DNA of 64,000 nt from Amoebidium appalachense. Lineage: Eukaryota; Protista; Ichthyosporea. The notes under the pieces were generated by a model. That model saw only the letters and a program-made list of their open reading frames with translations, was not told the DNA's origin and did no database searches. This document shows, piece after piece, positions 12,377-33,301 of the stretch. Location: positions 8,618,940-8,682,939 of the forward strand of contig CAVNZM010000013.1 of the NCBI GenBank assembly GCA_963693365.1, in the 5' to 3' direction. Positions within the stretch are counted from its first letter, which is position 1. The number at the start of each line of letters is the position of its first letter. The position numbers and the translations under genes are program-made.

Positions 12377-12859
12377 ATGTTCTTCCGCACAGTCATACTA
12401 GCGAGCGTCGCTGCCGCTGCGCACGGCCTGTCTGGCATGATGGGTGGCGAGGGCAGCCTGCCGCCCAGCTACGTGCAGAGTGTTAGTGTCAAGAATGCTG
12501 ACCCCTACCCTGTTCAGGTCACGGCAATGTATCGCCACAACGACGGAAAGTTGGCCACTGCAACAGAGTTTATCGACGCGGGAGAGACTGCCTTTTTCCC
12601 TGAGAAGACAGAGAACATGGGCACGTGGGTGGCTTCCATGCCCGTGGTGAAGGTGCACGTCATGGGTGGCGAGAGCAATGCCGTGCAGGTGTTGGAGGCG
12701 CCCTTTGGCATGAACGGGATTGTGAGTCATGCTCAGCTGGTGGTGTCGACGCGCGAGAAAGGGATGTTGAACGTGGCGGCGTTGCAGGAGGGGGAGAAGG
12801 GAAAATTGGTGGTGAAAGAGAAGGAGGGGGATAGGCTGCAGCAGGGAAGCACGGAGTGA
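12377..12859 (+). CDS. Intronless hypothetical protein (160 aa) with probable signal peptide
   Basis: Non-repetitive ORF with GC-rich third positions, ATG in CAAAATG context, hydrophobic N-terminus MFFRTVILASVAAAAHG. No family recognised. Confidence 0.75.
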   Translation: MFFRTVILASVAAAAHGLSGMMGGEGSLPPSYVQSVSVKNADPYPVQVTAMYRHNDGKLATATEFIDAGETAFFPEKTENMGTWVASMPVVKVHVMGGESNAVQVLEAPFGMNGIVSHAQLVVSTREKGMLNVAALQEGEKGKLVVKEKEGDRLQQGSTE

Positions 12860-15701
12860 GGGGTGGTTCAAAGGAACACGTTTTTGATGTGTTGTTGGAG
12901 ATAGAGCATTAATAGCGGGTGTGAAAAACGAATCGCTTTTAGTTCCCAAGGTCTGCAAGATTTTTCGGGAACACTCTCTTTGCACTATTTCTTCAAAAAG
13001 GGTATGTGATTTCCGAGATTCAAGAGTTTTCTTCGCCCGTAGTTTCAACCTAGAAACACCAATTTTCCAACGCTCGTTTGACAGTTTTGTCAACCCTTTT
13101 GTGGCCTTGACTGGTTTTCCCCGAAAACGGGTGTGCTTTTTTGGAAAGAAATGTCAAGCTAATTTGGCAAATAACAAGTTAGCACTCATATATGCTCTTC
13201 GCACACTATGACTGTGTTTTATTACAAATTGCACATATACTACCGATAATGGCAAGAAACATAGGGCTCCACACTGACGTTACGTAATCTAAGTTGTATG
13301 AGGCTGCTCTTTTTCCCCCCCTCAGGTATCCGTGGCTACCTTTCGCATTATGGGTGGGTGGGTGGCTGTGTTCAACCTTGTGGTCTATCATGAGCGCATT
13401 TACAATTATGCTTGCCCCCTGAACATGGCCTTGGTTAGCCCAGTGGTTACAAGGTAGCTAGGCAGTTATCAGCGAATAAACATGAAGTTTCAATGTGCCT
13501 GCTGTCGACCCTCCACTCTTGGTCGGCACTCTCTGTGGGAGATAACCGTGTGTGTAACAGGCAGGCATAGTGCATGGACGTGCAAAATGCAGATTCAGCT
13601 TAGGGTGTGTACACAACAAGATAGATGGGTTTATGCCGGCAGACAAACAAGCTCCACAGTTTTATATGTGCACATACGGCCGTGATGTGTGCGTTCAGAC
13701 ACAGGTACATACACGTGGGCACATCCGTCGCGCGCACACACACACACACACACGACACATGTGGGTGTACATTTGCATAAGCTCACTCACACACGCACAC
13801 ACACACATCTGCACACACACTCGCACATACACACACATGACATACACAACACTCGCTACCAAACCACAAAGACGATATAGTAAACGTTTTGTCTTCTGCA
13901 TACATGCTATACATAGCCATAGGCATATGCCACTGGCACAGACCTGTTACACAAATAACACAAACAGGTGGGGCTGGGGGCAGTGCAAGCTAGACACTGG
14001 AAGAATTTGCAGTTCCCGTGCAAGACTTAGGCCGTGCACCACCACTAAGCACACCCACAAGTAGACACAACTTGCTACTGCCACAGCACACCGGGTATTC
14101 GTAAAAGGTCATGCACATAGCAGGTGTATGTGTGTGTGCACACTTACTGGCACCTGCATACGAAGCACACATCTTCACCAGCGGACTGGATCAGCGAATG
14201 TACCTTAACTGGCGGAATATACTCTGCCTCCTGTGCTTGCAGCAAGAAGGGCGTTTCTGCTGGCTTGTTAACGTCTATGTCGCCGAAACCTGAAGGATGA
14301 CGTCACTTTGACGCCAGGTTTACTGACGCCAGAGTATGATTGGCTGTGCCCAACGGTTTTGCCCCCTTTTGAACATATTAGAGAAATTCTACAATAATAT
14401 TAATGCAGACATAAAAGTTGACAGCTATATAATATTATCATGATCATTGCCCCCCCGTCCCCTCTCCCTCCTCCTCCACCCCCCCCCCCCCCCCCCCCCC
14501 CCCCCCGACCCACCCCCTCCACTCACCCACCCATCCTGCCTCAGTTACACACATACTGCAGCTGTCGCCCCGCCCCCCTCTCCCTCCCTCCACCCACCCA
14601 CACACCTATTCCTCTCTCCCTGGGGTTTTCTCGGCACCCATGTGACTCCGCCTGTCGTGTCGATGTTTGCAGTTTACCCTCGACAATAAAACTTAGGAAG
14701 ACACTGTGAGATGATATCGGATAACTTGATCAAGCTGGTTTGTTTGCTTACTTCATAATTTCGCGAATGTATAATATGAATGCAGCTGGAATTTTCGTAA
14801 AATATTCTCGTGTCAAATGCACCGAAGTACAAGTCATGGCATGGTGCGTCATCGTATTGTACCACTTTATGTTGTCCGCCCCCACCCTCCCCACTCACAC
14901 GCACACACAAACACACACACACATGCCTTAATGCACACACGTACGCACGCATGGGCCCGTACACACACACGTCACACATATATATGCTCCCACCACCCTT
15001 ACTACTACTCTACTAGTAGCTACCACCACCACAGCCTCCCCCTCCCCCTTACCGACCCCCTTCCTCTCCCCCTCCCCCCTTCCCCTCCCCTCCTACCCCC
15101 CCCCCCCCCCCCCCCCCCGGAACCCAGAATGTGTTGATAGGCAAGGTGTATAACATGCTTGAACGCTACAGATTAGAATTACGGATTTGCCATATATGGT
15201 ATTGCGTTTGTGTAGGCCGGGGTAATTGTAGTTTAAGTGATCGTGCAGCGTGCAGGCACTTCCAGGATATTGATATGCAAAAATTTATCGATAAGATTTG
15301 ACGAAGGGCAACTGGAATCAAATTAGCAGTATCGACTTACAAAGTGCTGGCAATGACAAAACCCCCTAACGCCCTCCCCCTACCTCCCCTCCCCTTTCTC
15401 TTCTCTAACCCCCCCCCCCCCCCCCCTTCCCCACCACCACCACCACCACCACCACCACTGCACCATGGCCACCCACCCAACCACACACACACCACTTGGT
15501 GGCACCACCACGCACCATCACCACTACCACCACCGCCAAATCTACCACCACCACCACCAAGAGCCCCCCCCCCGGGCCTTCCCTCCCCTCCCCCGGGGCT
15601 TCCCATCAGGTAAAACTCTATGTCCGACACGTGTTTGATGAGCGATCCAAAACTCTACCTGTGTCGCCATCATGGTAACACGCACGATGACATGAATAGG
15701 A

Positions 15702-15890
15702 GGGGTTTACGCTGTTTACTCGAGGCAAAGAGAGACCAGTCTCAGGTACGGGGGGTTTTTGCTCGGAATATCCCCTCAGCGGTATATCATGATCACGTAC
15801 ATCGCTGTCGGGTGATGATTATATATCAGGGTTTACTTTCTCTACGAGACACCATAAAGACTAAGAAAAATCAGTTAGTTGGGGTTCCCC

Positions 15891-15923
<33 letters not shown>

Positions 15924-15957
15924 CCGGGCTCCCCTGGGACACTCGGTATCAGCTGGT

Positions 15958-15988
<31 letters not shown>

Positions 15989-18410
15989 GTGTGTGTGTGT
16001 GCTAGAATTTTGTAATGATGTGTTTCTCAAGCCAATCAATACATCAAGTAAACAGGTCGTAGTTTCGCGTGTTTAGTATAAAATCAAGGAAGTTGTAATT
16101 TTTAGGTAGGCTATCTTTCTGGGTGTCTGTTGTGAATGTGACGTGTGTGTGTTGCGGTATTATGTGGTCTATCAAACTACATTTGGCGATACATGACCGT
16201 TTAAACTGGTGTGTGTGTGTTTTGTTTGGGCATGCAAACGATGCCACCTTATACTTACTAGATCTCCACTGTATAGCACGTGTACAGTAAAAGCGTGGTA
16301 TGTGATCAATAAGGCATCAGCTAGAGAAAGACCAATTCTACAGGAAGGTAATATGTATTTAGGTGTTACACATTTGCGAGTGCCATATTTGGCAATATGG
16401 TTAAGGCGGTCATTATATATAAAACGAGACATAAGGCTTAGTTTTCAAGGTGTATGCTTTCATCGGGTCTGGTGTCGTGTGGTATCTTTTTCCATTTGTT
16501 ATATTGCGTAATTATCTTGTGATTGTGTACATGTGTAATAAGTAAGTGGCAGTCCAAAGTCACACGCACACTTTAGGGGTTTATTTGTATTTGTGCCCGG
16601 GGGAAAAGGAGAGAGAGAGGGAAGGAAAGAGGGGAGAGGTGAGGGAGGGGACAGGTCGGATAGAGAAGAGAGGGTGGGAGGGCAAAATACTAGTCTTTAA
16701 GCGGCTTATGTGCTTATTGAATTTCAGCGCGAGATGGGATACTCTAGCAGCCATTGGGACCAGACCATATATCGAGAGCGTTACAGGCCCAGGTTTACAA
16801 CAGTTGTTAGATAGAAAGGAGGCAACTTCTGCTTCAAGGAAATATGCCAAGGGTTTAAGCGCTCTAGTTCTCTCTTTCTTGATCCAAGCGGCGAGAAGGG
16901 GTAAACCATATTCACATGCCGGGAAGACAAAAGTGCGAATAAATGTAAGTCTAATAGAAGGATGGAGGGGTGCACGTGTGTCTTCAAAAATATTAGCCGA
17001 GAAGAAAGCTAACCGCTTACGAGCCAGCTCTACCCTCTTTTCGACCATATGGGAAAACATAACACCAACAGAATTAACCGGAACACCAAGATATTTGTAT
17101 TCTGGAACTATAGGTACAGGTTTAGATGATAACGTAAACGTGTGTAAATTGTTAGCTATATCAGGTACAAGAACACCACATTTGTCTATGTTAAGGGTCA
17201 TAAGATTTGCCTTGCACCACTCTGACACTACATCGAACAATCTTTGCAGGCGTCTAGGGGTACGGGCAAGGAGGGACAGATCATCAGCATAGAGAAGTGC
17301 AGGCGGAAAGTTATTAATAGGGTCATCATTTTCGGCATAAATCTTGACAGCCAAATCATCTATAAATAGGTTAAACAAAAAGGGGCTAAGCAATGAACCC
17401 TGCAAGTGACCTCTAGTACGAGCAAAACCATATGAAAGGTGCCCATTAACCACAGCTCTACCATAGGTTTGAGACAAGAGTGCTTCTAACAAAACACCAA
17501 TGCAGTGTGTTACACCCCGTGCAGCAAGCTTTTCCCATAGGAGACCAGGGGAGACAGAATCGTAAGCAGTTTTCCAATCAATAAAACCAACATATCGTGC
17601 ACCAACTTGCATAGAATCGTGCAGTGCCATTATTTGAACATAACAGGAATTGTTTTTTACGAAAAGCGGATTGACATGGGTGTATGTGAAGAATAGATTG
17701 AAACCTAGGGTGATGTGCAAATAACCTAAGTAAGCAAGCTTCAAAGAATCTACGAACAACCTGGGTTAGTGTGATGGGGCGAAAAGATGATATGGGGCCC
17801 TCAGAGTCCTTCTTAAACTATGGGGATCACTAAGCTATCTAGATCTAACCAAGATGACGGGACATGTCCACACCAAGAAAAGAGAGAGCTCAACATAACA
17901 GTAAGATCAGGTTTAATAGCACGATCACTTTCCTTTTGTGGGTAGGAGGGAACAAGGATTTTAAGAAACCCGGCAGGAAGTCCATCAGGTCCACAAGACT
18001 TACTAGAGCTATAACTAGATATCACAGACCATATGGTATCGGGACTGAAAAAGGGGAGAGGGAGCTTGCGGTCATTGAGAGTGCGTGTTTGCCAATAGGA
18101 AATCATCTCGTATACGATTGGCTAATATTGAAATTGATAGAACGTTGGTGATTGGTTTAGAAGACATTCCAGGTAGATCGGCCGATGCTATAAATACGGC
18201 CCACGAACCGATCTATAGAGCTCAGTTGGTTGTAGAGAGTTTTGTACACGAGTACAAGTCGTACACACGGTGGAGCTCGGCTCTGCTGACCTGTGAGGAC
18301 GTATTCGGTCGGCTCGAACCACTGGAATGACTGCTTCTTCTATTAGATAATAAACCCTTCCTACACACATCCTTTACGGTGCATTTCAGTTTGCATGAGA
18401 GTACCACTTT
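15702..18410 (-). mobile_element. Degenerate non-LTR retrotransposon, family B (RT region plus 3' UTR ending AAACCCC)
   Basis: RT motifs KSCGPDGLP, GPISSFRPITLT, FIDWKTAYDSV, QGSLLSPFLFNLFIDDL, LYADD and YKYLGV spread over frameshifted ORFs. The 3' UTR is shared with copies at 36896 and 51450. The 5' limit is approximate. Confidence 0.9.
16581..17759 (-). pseudogene. LINE-type reverse transcriptase, largest open fragment (family B)
   Basis: ORF carries the QG..SP and YADD motifs. It continues through frameshifts at 17813-18106 and 16044-16432. Confidence 0.88.
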
Positions 18411-18429
18411 TCACCTCCATCCCTCCCCC

Positions 18430-18464
<35 letters not shown>

Positions 18465-18520
18465 ACAACCACCACCACCACCACCACCACCACCACCATC
18501 ACCACCACCACCACCACCAC

Positions 18521-18597
<77 letters not shown>

Positions 18598-18671
18598 ATA
18601 CACACACACACAGTACACACACCACCATCACCACTACCGCCGCCAAAGCCACGACCATATTATCTACCAAC

Positions 18672-18723
<52 letters not shown>

Positions 18724-19221
18724 ACCCCACACCGCAACACACACACATACACACGCATGCCCCCACCCCTGTGCACCACAGGCTGTCCACTGCCACAGAT
18801 GTTCACCGGCCGATACCCACCTCGCCTCTGATTGGACAAAACACGATTTGATGACGTAACGATGACGTATAATCGGAGGAAAACGATTCGATCCCCGAGC
18901 GACATAAAGAGGCCCTTAGGCCCCTCTAGTGGGGGGTTGGGGGGCGACAGCCCCCCCATTTAGGGCCCAGACACACAAAGGATTATGGTTAATAATGGTT
19001 ATGTTTTTATTTTGGTAAAACAATACATATCCAACACTTTGTCTTCTAACGGTTTGCGTGATGTAATCTCCCTATACCAAGGACTTACGTCCTGTGAACT
19101 TACCTCGCTGTCCAACCTCCCCCCAGCCCTTCTCCCCCTTCCCCCCCTCCCCCTTCCCCCCCCCCCCCCCCCCAAAAAAAAAAAAAAAATAAAAAATAAA
19201 AAAATACACACACACGTACAT

Positions 19222-19281
<60 letters not shown>

Positions 19282-19761
19282 ATACACCCATGTCCCAACC
19301 ATCAAATCGATCTCACAACCCACCACCACCAATAACATGCGCCTCCACAACAGCTTGAGAACTCCTTCCCCCGTACAAGCAACGTGTTTTGAAGTGTTTT
19401 ATTGCTGTCTAAGTCGGGTGCCAAAAGTTTTGTACGTACGTACATGACTGTTTCAGTCAAGCTAAGCCATATTTAGACAATATACATGTGCATAGGGGCC
19501 CATTCCGTTTATACCATGTACAGGGTGGTGGTAGACTAATATTAGGGCAACCCACATCGGGATCAATGCAGGTGTCACCCCATATGGGGGTTATTTGACC
19601 TGAGTGCTGTTAGCGACTCAGACATCATAATCCCAAGCCGGGTTTTCAGAACTGTACCAAAAAAAAAAAAATCCATAGCGAAAACAAACATTTGGTTGTA
19701 TTACCTATGATGCCAAATACCAAGGTACAAACAAATTTCCAATCACGGATGCCTTCCATCT

Positions 19762-21867
19762 TTAGCAGTCAGGCGGTTTGCTGGTAAAGGTGCCCGGTGC
19801 CGAGGTGGATTCAGACCGCGAGTCCTTCATCTTGGACAGGACAAAGACCCCCACAAGCCTGAAATTTCATAGTGTGGTTAGTGGCAGGTTCAGGCAGGCG
19901 TACTCTCTGATGGATCGGTTGCTGTAACAGTGCATGCTGTGTGTGTTTGCACGATTTACAAGTTCGATGTCCAACAATGCAGACTGGTCGAGTGTGCGCA
20001 TTTTGAGCGTGCCATATTTATGCATAATCGAGTGGATTTGTTATTGTTTCCTGAGTGAACACATGTTTGCACATACGTGTGCATGTGCATGTTTAGAGTA
20101 TGGGTGTGTGCCATAGTTTTATGTGTGGGATCCTACATGTACACTGTCCCATGCTGATTGTGGGATGTGAATGCGGTGGTGCACAACATGGGGTGCAGAC
20201 ACATGTTTTCATATTTTAAGTGTTTGGGGGTGAGGGTTGAGGGTTGCGCAGGGGGTAGGGGGGGGGGGGGGGGGGATTGCGCACGGGGGAGGGGGAGGGG
20301 AGAGGGGGGGGGGGGGGGGGGGGGGAGGGAGGGATGGAGGAGGAAGCACACATACCCAGCCACAAAGGATATGACCCAGCCGGCAGTGAAGACCTTGAAG
20401 CTCCAATCGAGATCAAAGCTGTCGTCCACATTCACCCCCTTCACCTCGTCATTGTACGTGGCCCCAACAAACACAGACATGGAAATCATCCCAAAGATCC
20501 CCGCCACAAGCGACAAAAGCCCCCCTGCACGTGAAATTCCCGTTGTCTTGCTGTGTGCTGCACCCATCATTGCCACGGTGGCCATGCAGGCAAACAGGCA
20601 GGCCAGGACGGCAAATGCCCGTGTGGACTGGTAGGCGCTGCAGTTGTCTAGCGCCCAGATGTTGGTCGTGAGGCACGACACATAGCCGTACTTGGGGGGG
20701 GGGGGGGGGGGGGGGGTTGGTCAGCATGGCATTCACGGGTGGAGGAATGATGGACAATACTGAATACTGGTGGGGCGGGCCCGGTGGTTAAGTGGACATG
20801 TGGGGAGGGGGGAAGGGGGGGGGAAGGGGGGGGGGGGGGGGGGGGTAGAGCGAGAGAGTGGGGGAGCGAGATGTTGAGGGGGCTTTTGAAGTGTGTTTGT
20901 GTGATAGTATGAGTGACAGGTGTTACAACATGTGTGCGTGTTGATGGGTGTTCGTGGGTGACGTTTGTCTTGTCCGTGCGTCACAGTGTGTGTATCATGG
21001 TGTGTACACGTGCCGTTGTTGCCTGTCTGCCCTAACGTCAACCTGCCATACGTGTCATGGCATCGACTAGTCGTCATGCGCACCATAGGCTACTGAGGTG
21101 CACGACCATTGACTAAGAGTCTGCCCTAATAGAAATAAATTATTTAGGAGCCGTGTCGAGTCTCCAGCGGCAGATAGAGAAAACAAACTTTGAACGGCAC
21201 GAGAAACACAAACTCATTTGGTTCACAGTTACAACTTGACTAGCACGACGGTGCATTGATGGAAATGAAAACCTGGGGGGGGGGGGGGGGGGGGGGGGCG
21301 GAGGGGATTGCTGCTACTTACATAGGTACTCCAGCAGGCGGCAGCCTCGCAGTCGTAGGTCACACTGGCACACATCTGGTTGTCTGTGCCCACGGTTAAA
21401 TAGCAGGCCTCAAACAGGCCCAGGTGGTTCAGCGTGCTGTTGGTGTTGGCCACTGCAGAGGGGGGAGGGGGGTTTAGTGGCTGCAGGGTGGCTGGGGCTT
21501 ATGGTGGTGGTGGTTGGAGGGGGGGGGGGGTGGGCAGGGGGGTGGGGGTGGGGTGGGGGGGGGGGGGGGTGGAAGGGGGGTGGGGGGGGTGGGGGGGTGG
21601 GGGGGGGGGGGGGGTACAGTAACTGTACAAATGTCATGTAGATATATCAACTGTGGGGTGAGGCTGCCGGGTGTACCGCATTAGCAGCACCAGCCGCCAC
21701 AGTTGTGATATCTCACACGTTGACAAAGCAGGTCGATGTTGTACAGATGTGATCGACACGGTGTGTGTGTGTGTGCATGTGCCAGTGTGTGTGTGTGTGA
21801 CTGTGTGTATGTGTGTCTGCGCGCGCGTGTGTATACAGTATGTATGTATGCGTGCATGCATGTCAGA

Positions 21868-21907
<40 letters not shown>

Positions 21908-22576
21908 GTTTGGGGGGGGGGGAGGGGGGAAGGGGGGGGGGGGGGGGGGGAAGGGGCCCATTTTAAGATGTATTTGCATAATATGAAAGAACGGTCATGA
22001 ATTGTTATCGGGAGTTGTACTGGCGGTGTGATAATGGATTGAGTCCGATTGATCCCTGTAAACACAAGGGCCCAGGTGGTTTGCACGAAATGCCAGGGGG
22101 TCATACTGGGTCACAAGGATTCTCGTTTTTGTAACCACAGACACTTCAAAGATCATACGTCGACTGCATGCTCAAGGGAACACATGTAACCATGCACCGC
22201 AGTGCCACCGATTACGGTAGCCCCAAACACGGAAATCATCATGAAGAAGGAAGGGCCGAAGGGGAGCGCTATTGGGTTGCAGAGACGGTGCTACTATTAC
22301 CTGGCAAGCAAGGGGTGTTGGTCGGAAAAAATGCATATGGGGCATCGTGGCAGGGCTAACATGTAGGGAGATATGGATCCAGAGCCGGAGGCCCTAGCCC
22401 CAGCAACCTAGCTCATGATCAGGCTGCACTTATGGTGTGGCTGGGGCCTACCCACCTGTCTGAGTTGTTGTGCCCGTGGTAGACATCCAGACACGTGTTG
22501 TAGTGCCGACCATTAGCAGCACAAAGCCACTGAGGGACAGAAACACGGGCACGGCAATCAGAGAGAGGCGACTCAT
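19762..22576 (-). CDS. Spliced claudin/PMP22-superfamily four-TM protein
   Basis: Four exons (~22576-22456, 21452-21322, 20691-20356, 19858-19762) give TM1 ([24 protein letters not shown]), the loop signature [20 protein letters not shown], two more TMs ([10 protein letters not shown]) and a tail ending KPPDC*. Confidence 0.82.
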
Positions 22577-24579
22577 CGTGGCGGGGGGTTTGGACGTGAA
22601 AGCCACGTGCACTATTGTAATCTTGGTACGATGGTTTTTGAAGCTCAGTCAGAGGCAACTCGGCCAGCCAACTTGATTGTCGAGTGACGTGGCGGCAGGG
22701 GAAGAGGAAACTGCTTGGCTAGTGCTGTAAAAGCTTTGTGAAACGAAAGAAAGAAGAGTGACATGTCATCCAAGTGTTGGGCAGTGCATCTATATAGGAA
22801 GCTGATACCTAAGCGAAAGAAACGATTGGTTGCCTGAAGTGAAGCTATGCAGTACAACTGATATGAAAACACCACATGATTGGCTGCATGGGTGTGTGCG
22901 CCATCAGTAGGGCCGCTACCAGGGCGTTTATGCGCCAGTGCCGGGCACTGTCCGCGTATATGACTACATATACATACGTTATACTGCAATGGGAAAATCT
23001 TGCAAATGGCCAAATATATATATATGGATAAATCCCCTAATACTATTTTGATGCTACTGCTAAGCAAACAAAGGAGGCTGAGACTGAGCCGGACTGGCTG
23101 GATGGCGGAATGTAACCATGGGAAACAATGGTTAAATCTATCCAATCAAATGCGCCCGTATATAAGACATCTACATATTCCAGATCGATTCAGTGCCGAC
23201 GCCAGGCCAGTGGGCCACTCACTGGCAGTCTGGCACTTGTGTCACGGACAGACAGTGTCAGTCACCCCAGGCCCAGCTGCACTGCTCTGCAGGGGCTGGT
23301 TCACATCTGTACCGAATCACATGGCCCATGGCACGTGACAGTGCCACTGCCCCTGCAGAGTACCAGCACCACCAGTGGAGCTTATGTGGAAGGCGGCTCC
23401 CTGAAATTTTTCGCATGTGTTGTGGAGGGAGGAGGGGTACCGGTGGGAGCCGTGGGTGGGTGAACGGAGGTGGGGAGGAAGGGGGGGGGGGGGGATGGTG
23501 TGTCGTTCCAAGTCACTGTGTATGATGCCAAACGTTTCAAAATTTTGCAGCAGCTAATGTAGTCGAACAGTAATCATCTATTAAATTTAAACTAGCACAT
23601 GGCCACATATCCCCTCCCCCCCCTTCCCCCCCCCCCCCCCCCCCCCCCCCGGCCTCTCTCTCTCTCTCCAACGTTAACCCCTCTCCAACCCACTCACCCA
23701 CCCACACACACAAGCCCATCTACCCACCCACCCGCCCACACACACACACTTAACCCTAACTATCCACCCAGGTGTACCCACCCAACCACGTGCATGCCCC
23801 GGCACCGCCAATCGATCGGCGGTTGTGCTGTACATGTACATACAGGACGGGTTTGATTGATAGCTCTTTGAACATGCATCAGCATAAAGCCATGTCAGTG
23901 CCTGGCATGGCAACTGCATGATGAATGATTACACAAGTAATCATGATGACACCATGCCTGCCCATGGCAGGGGTGTTTGGATGAGGGAGCGGCCAAGAGA
24001 TGTGCAATGATCACGACCCGGCCACAGTAATAATTACATTGTTAGTGCGTTTATCGACAACCGAACTTCCTTTATACTCTCAAGTGTTTGCAGACTAGTA
24101 GATATTAGCGCCATGCAGCCGTACCCACCTTGTTTCTACACAGCACCGTGCCCTCTACCTGCTCGATCGTGTAGGCTATTTATTTCACACATCAATCTTA
24201 TGCCGATGATCCTCCCCACCGCGCCCTCCCCCCCCCCCCCCCCTCCCCTCCCCCCCCCAAAAAAAAATCCCCCCCACCCCCACCCCCCCCCCCCCCCCCC
24301 CCCCCAAAAAAAAGGCCAAGGAAGGAGGCACGTAAAGAAAAAAGAGAAGGAAGAATCCGGAAAGAACGAGAAACACAAATAAAAGAAAAAGAAATAAAAA
24401 AGAAAGACTCAGAAAGCACAAGGAACGTGGAAAGAAGGAAAGGAAATGGGAAAGAAAAATGCAGGGAAACCGATGATCCACACGCACGCTCACCTACATC
24501 CCCCCCATCCCCCCCCCCACTCCCCCCCCCTCCCCCCCCCCCCCCCAAAAAAAAAAAAAAAAAAAACCACCTGTAATCC

Positions 24580-31157
<6,578 letters not shown>

Positions 31158-32052
31158 GCAGCCGTCCTGTAAGGTTTGCTCGAGCTGAGACTAGGTGGGC
31201 TATGGTCTAACATGAACATACTATACACATACAGCCTACACTGACACGGTGTAATTGGCTTGTACTGAGCTGGGGCAGAGAAAAACAAAACAGATGTGCA
31301 CCAATCACAAGCTGCGCTTGAGAACTGTTTTTAGAGCACCATTCCATATATGGCTAGTACGCGCACCTGAGCAAGGAGCACTGACGTCATACCAACAAGT
31401 CCAGTGTGCAGGCCACTTCGGCAGATTCGCAACGGCTCCCACCACAAGGAGCCTGCATGGGATCCGGAGTGGGTTGGACCGTCAGACAGTCTGTAGAAGG
31501 CCTTGGCGGCAGGGCCGCAGGAGGTACATAGCTTGGAGTTGGCTGGCACTCTGGCTGGGACTCTACACGAGCCGTGTCAGACTGAGGCCTTCAATTCAAA
31601 AGGTGAACCGTCCTTTGCAAATGGCCAGCCCGGAGGCCTGCAGGGGAGCAGGGGCCTTGCAAGCAAGGTTGCAAGGTGCACACTAGTAACGTTATGGTAT
31701 TATAATGGCTGCAGGCGTATGGTGGCCACCCCGGTGCACCCTCTGCATGTCACCCGGTACGAGGGCAGGGGCATACCAAGGGCATACCATGGCGTGCGAA
31801 ACAGCCACACTGAAGTCAAAGGGATATGGCGCTTAGGCTGATAGGCACTACGGCGAATGCAGCGACTCCCGTATATACTACAGATAGAGGAGGAGGGTTG
31901 GGTCTCTGGGAAGAGAGAGAGAGAGAGAAAGAGGGGGGGGAGGAGAGAGAGAGAGCGAGACAGAGAAGAGGGGGGAGAGGAAGAGGGAAAGGGAGTAGGG
32001 ATCCGGAGAGGGGGCGGGGGGAGGAAGGGAGGGAGAGCCTCGAGAGGGAGAG

Positions 32053-32088
<36 letters not shown>

Positions 32089-32234
32089 AGGGAGAGAGGG
32101 CAGGGAGAGAACTGGGGTGTGAGAAAGGGTTAGAGAGAGAGGGAGGTGGGGAGCAGAGAAAAGAGAGAAAGGTGAGAGGAAAAAAAAATGAGAAAGGGCG
32201 GCAAAGGGAACCTCGGGGGAGGAAGGGTGGGGGC

Positions 32235-32273
<39 letters not shown>

Positions 32274-33301
32274 GAATCATAGGGAGACTCGAAGGGAAAC
32301 GTAGTGCATACCATGTATGGTAAAAATCAAGATAGAGGCATACATCGATAGTGGGTGGATAGGGTGGGGTGGATTTTTTTTTTGTTTTCGAGCTTTCTTT
32401 TTTTTTCCCGGAGGGGGCTGAAGGGAGGGGGAGGGGGGGGGAGGGGAGAGGGCACAGGTTCAGAGCTGCAGCCGACGTAGAGCATCGGGAGGCACAGTTA
32501 CAGACCGGATAGCAAGAACGAAGTACGTAAGGCCCTACGTGGGGAGGCTTGCTCTTGACGTCAGCACATGCGCAGCTGTGGAGCCAATGGGGGAGGAAGG
32601 AGGGGGGTTGTTGTTGTTGTCCAGACTCTCCGCACAGCAAAACAAACACGAGGCTTCTGGCAGCTAGCAACGACTGTATTTCCAAATCAAGATACAGCTG
32701 TTGATCGATGCTGTGAAGTCGCCCAAGAATCTTTATCTCATTTGACACCAACAACACGTGCACAGTACACACCGAACTAAGTAAGTCTGCGAATTGTGAC
32801 ACACTTGTAAAGCGAATAGTGAGGCGGACGTCGCCAAGGTCAAGCCCACAGAGAATAGTGTTGGTCGGAGTGTGGGTAGGTGCGCAGGTAGTGCAGGTGC
32901 GACTGTGATTTTGAGTTGCATCTGCCTTAGTTGCACAAAATCCGGGAGCTGGAGTGTATGCGCTTGCTGAGCAAGGCACACGCCTCTAGTTGAGGAACGC
33001 AAAGATAGTGCTACAACTCTTGTGGCATATTTTGAACAAAGTTATTGTTGCCTCATTACGGTCCCAGCCCGTAGAACATGTTTCTCCAACGGAAAAACAA
33101 AAAGAGAAAAAATCTTATCTAAGTACAGTTAGTTAGAAAAAATAGCGAAAAAATCCTATCTAAGTACAGTTAGTTAAAAAAATCTTTTAAGTACAATTTG
33201 TTACATAGTACCCTCAACTTACATTCTCAGTGAGTCCACAGTTCGACCACAGCCTCATACATACCCTTCAACAATTGTACGTGCATCTATTCACACCAAA
33301 C

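Noticed and set aside
15702-15925. ~200-bp repeat ending in poly-T, first read as a Pol III ncRNA or SINE
   Set aside because: Longer copies run on into the RT C-terminus and one has a TSD, so it is the LINE 3' UTR in reverse.
18925-18960. CTAG plus GGGGGC-GACA-GCCCCC hairpin resembling a transposon end
   Set aside because: No matching other end or second copy seen in the window.
31300-33000. Possible decayed transposase or SWIM-like fragment
   Set aside because: Only a partial Cys pattern with multiple stops; not supportable without a search.
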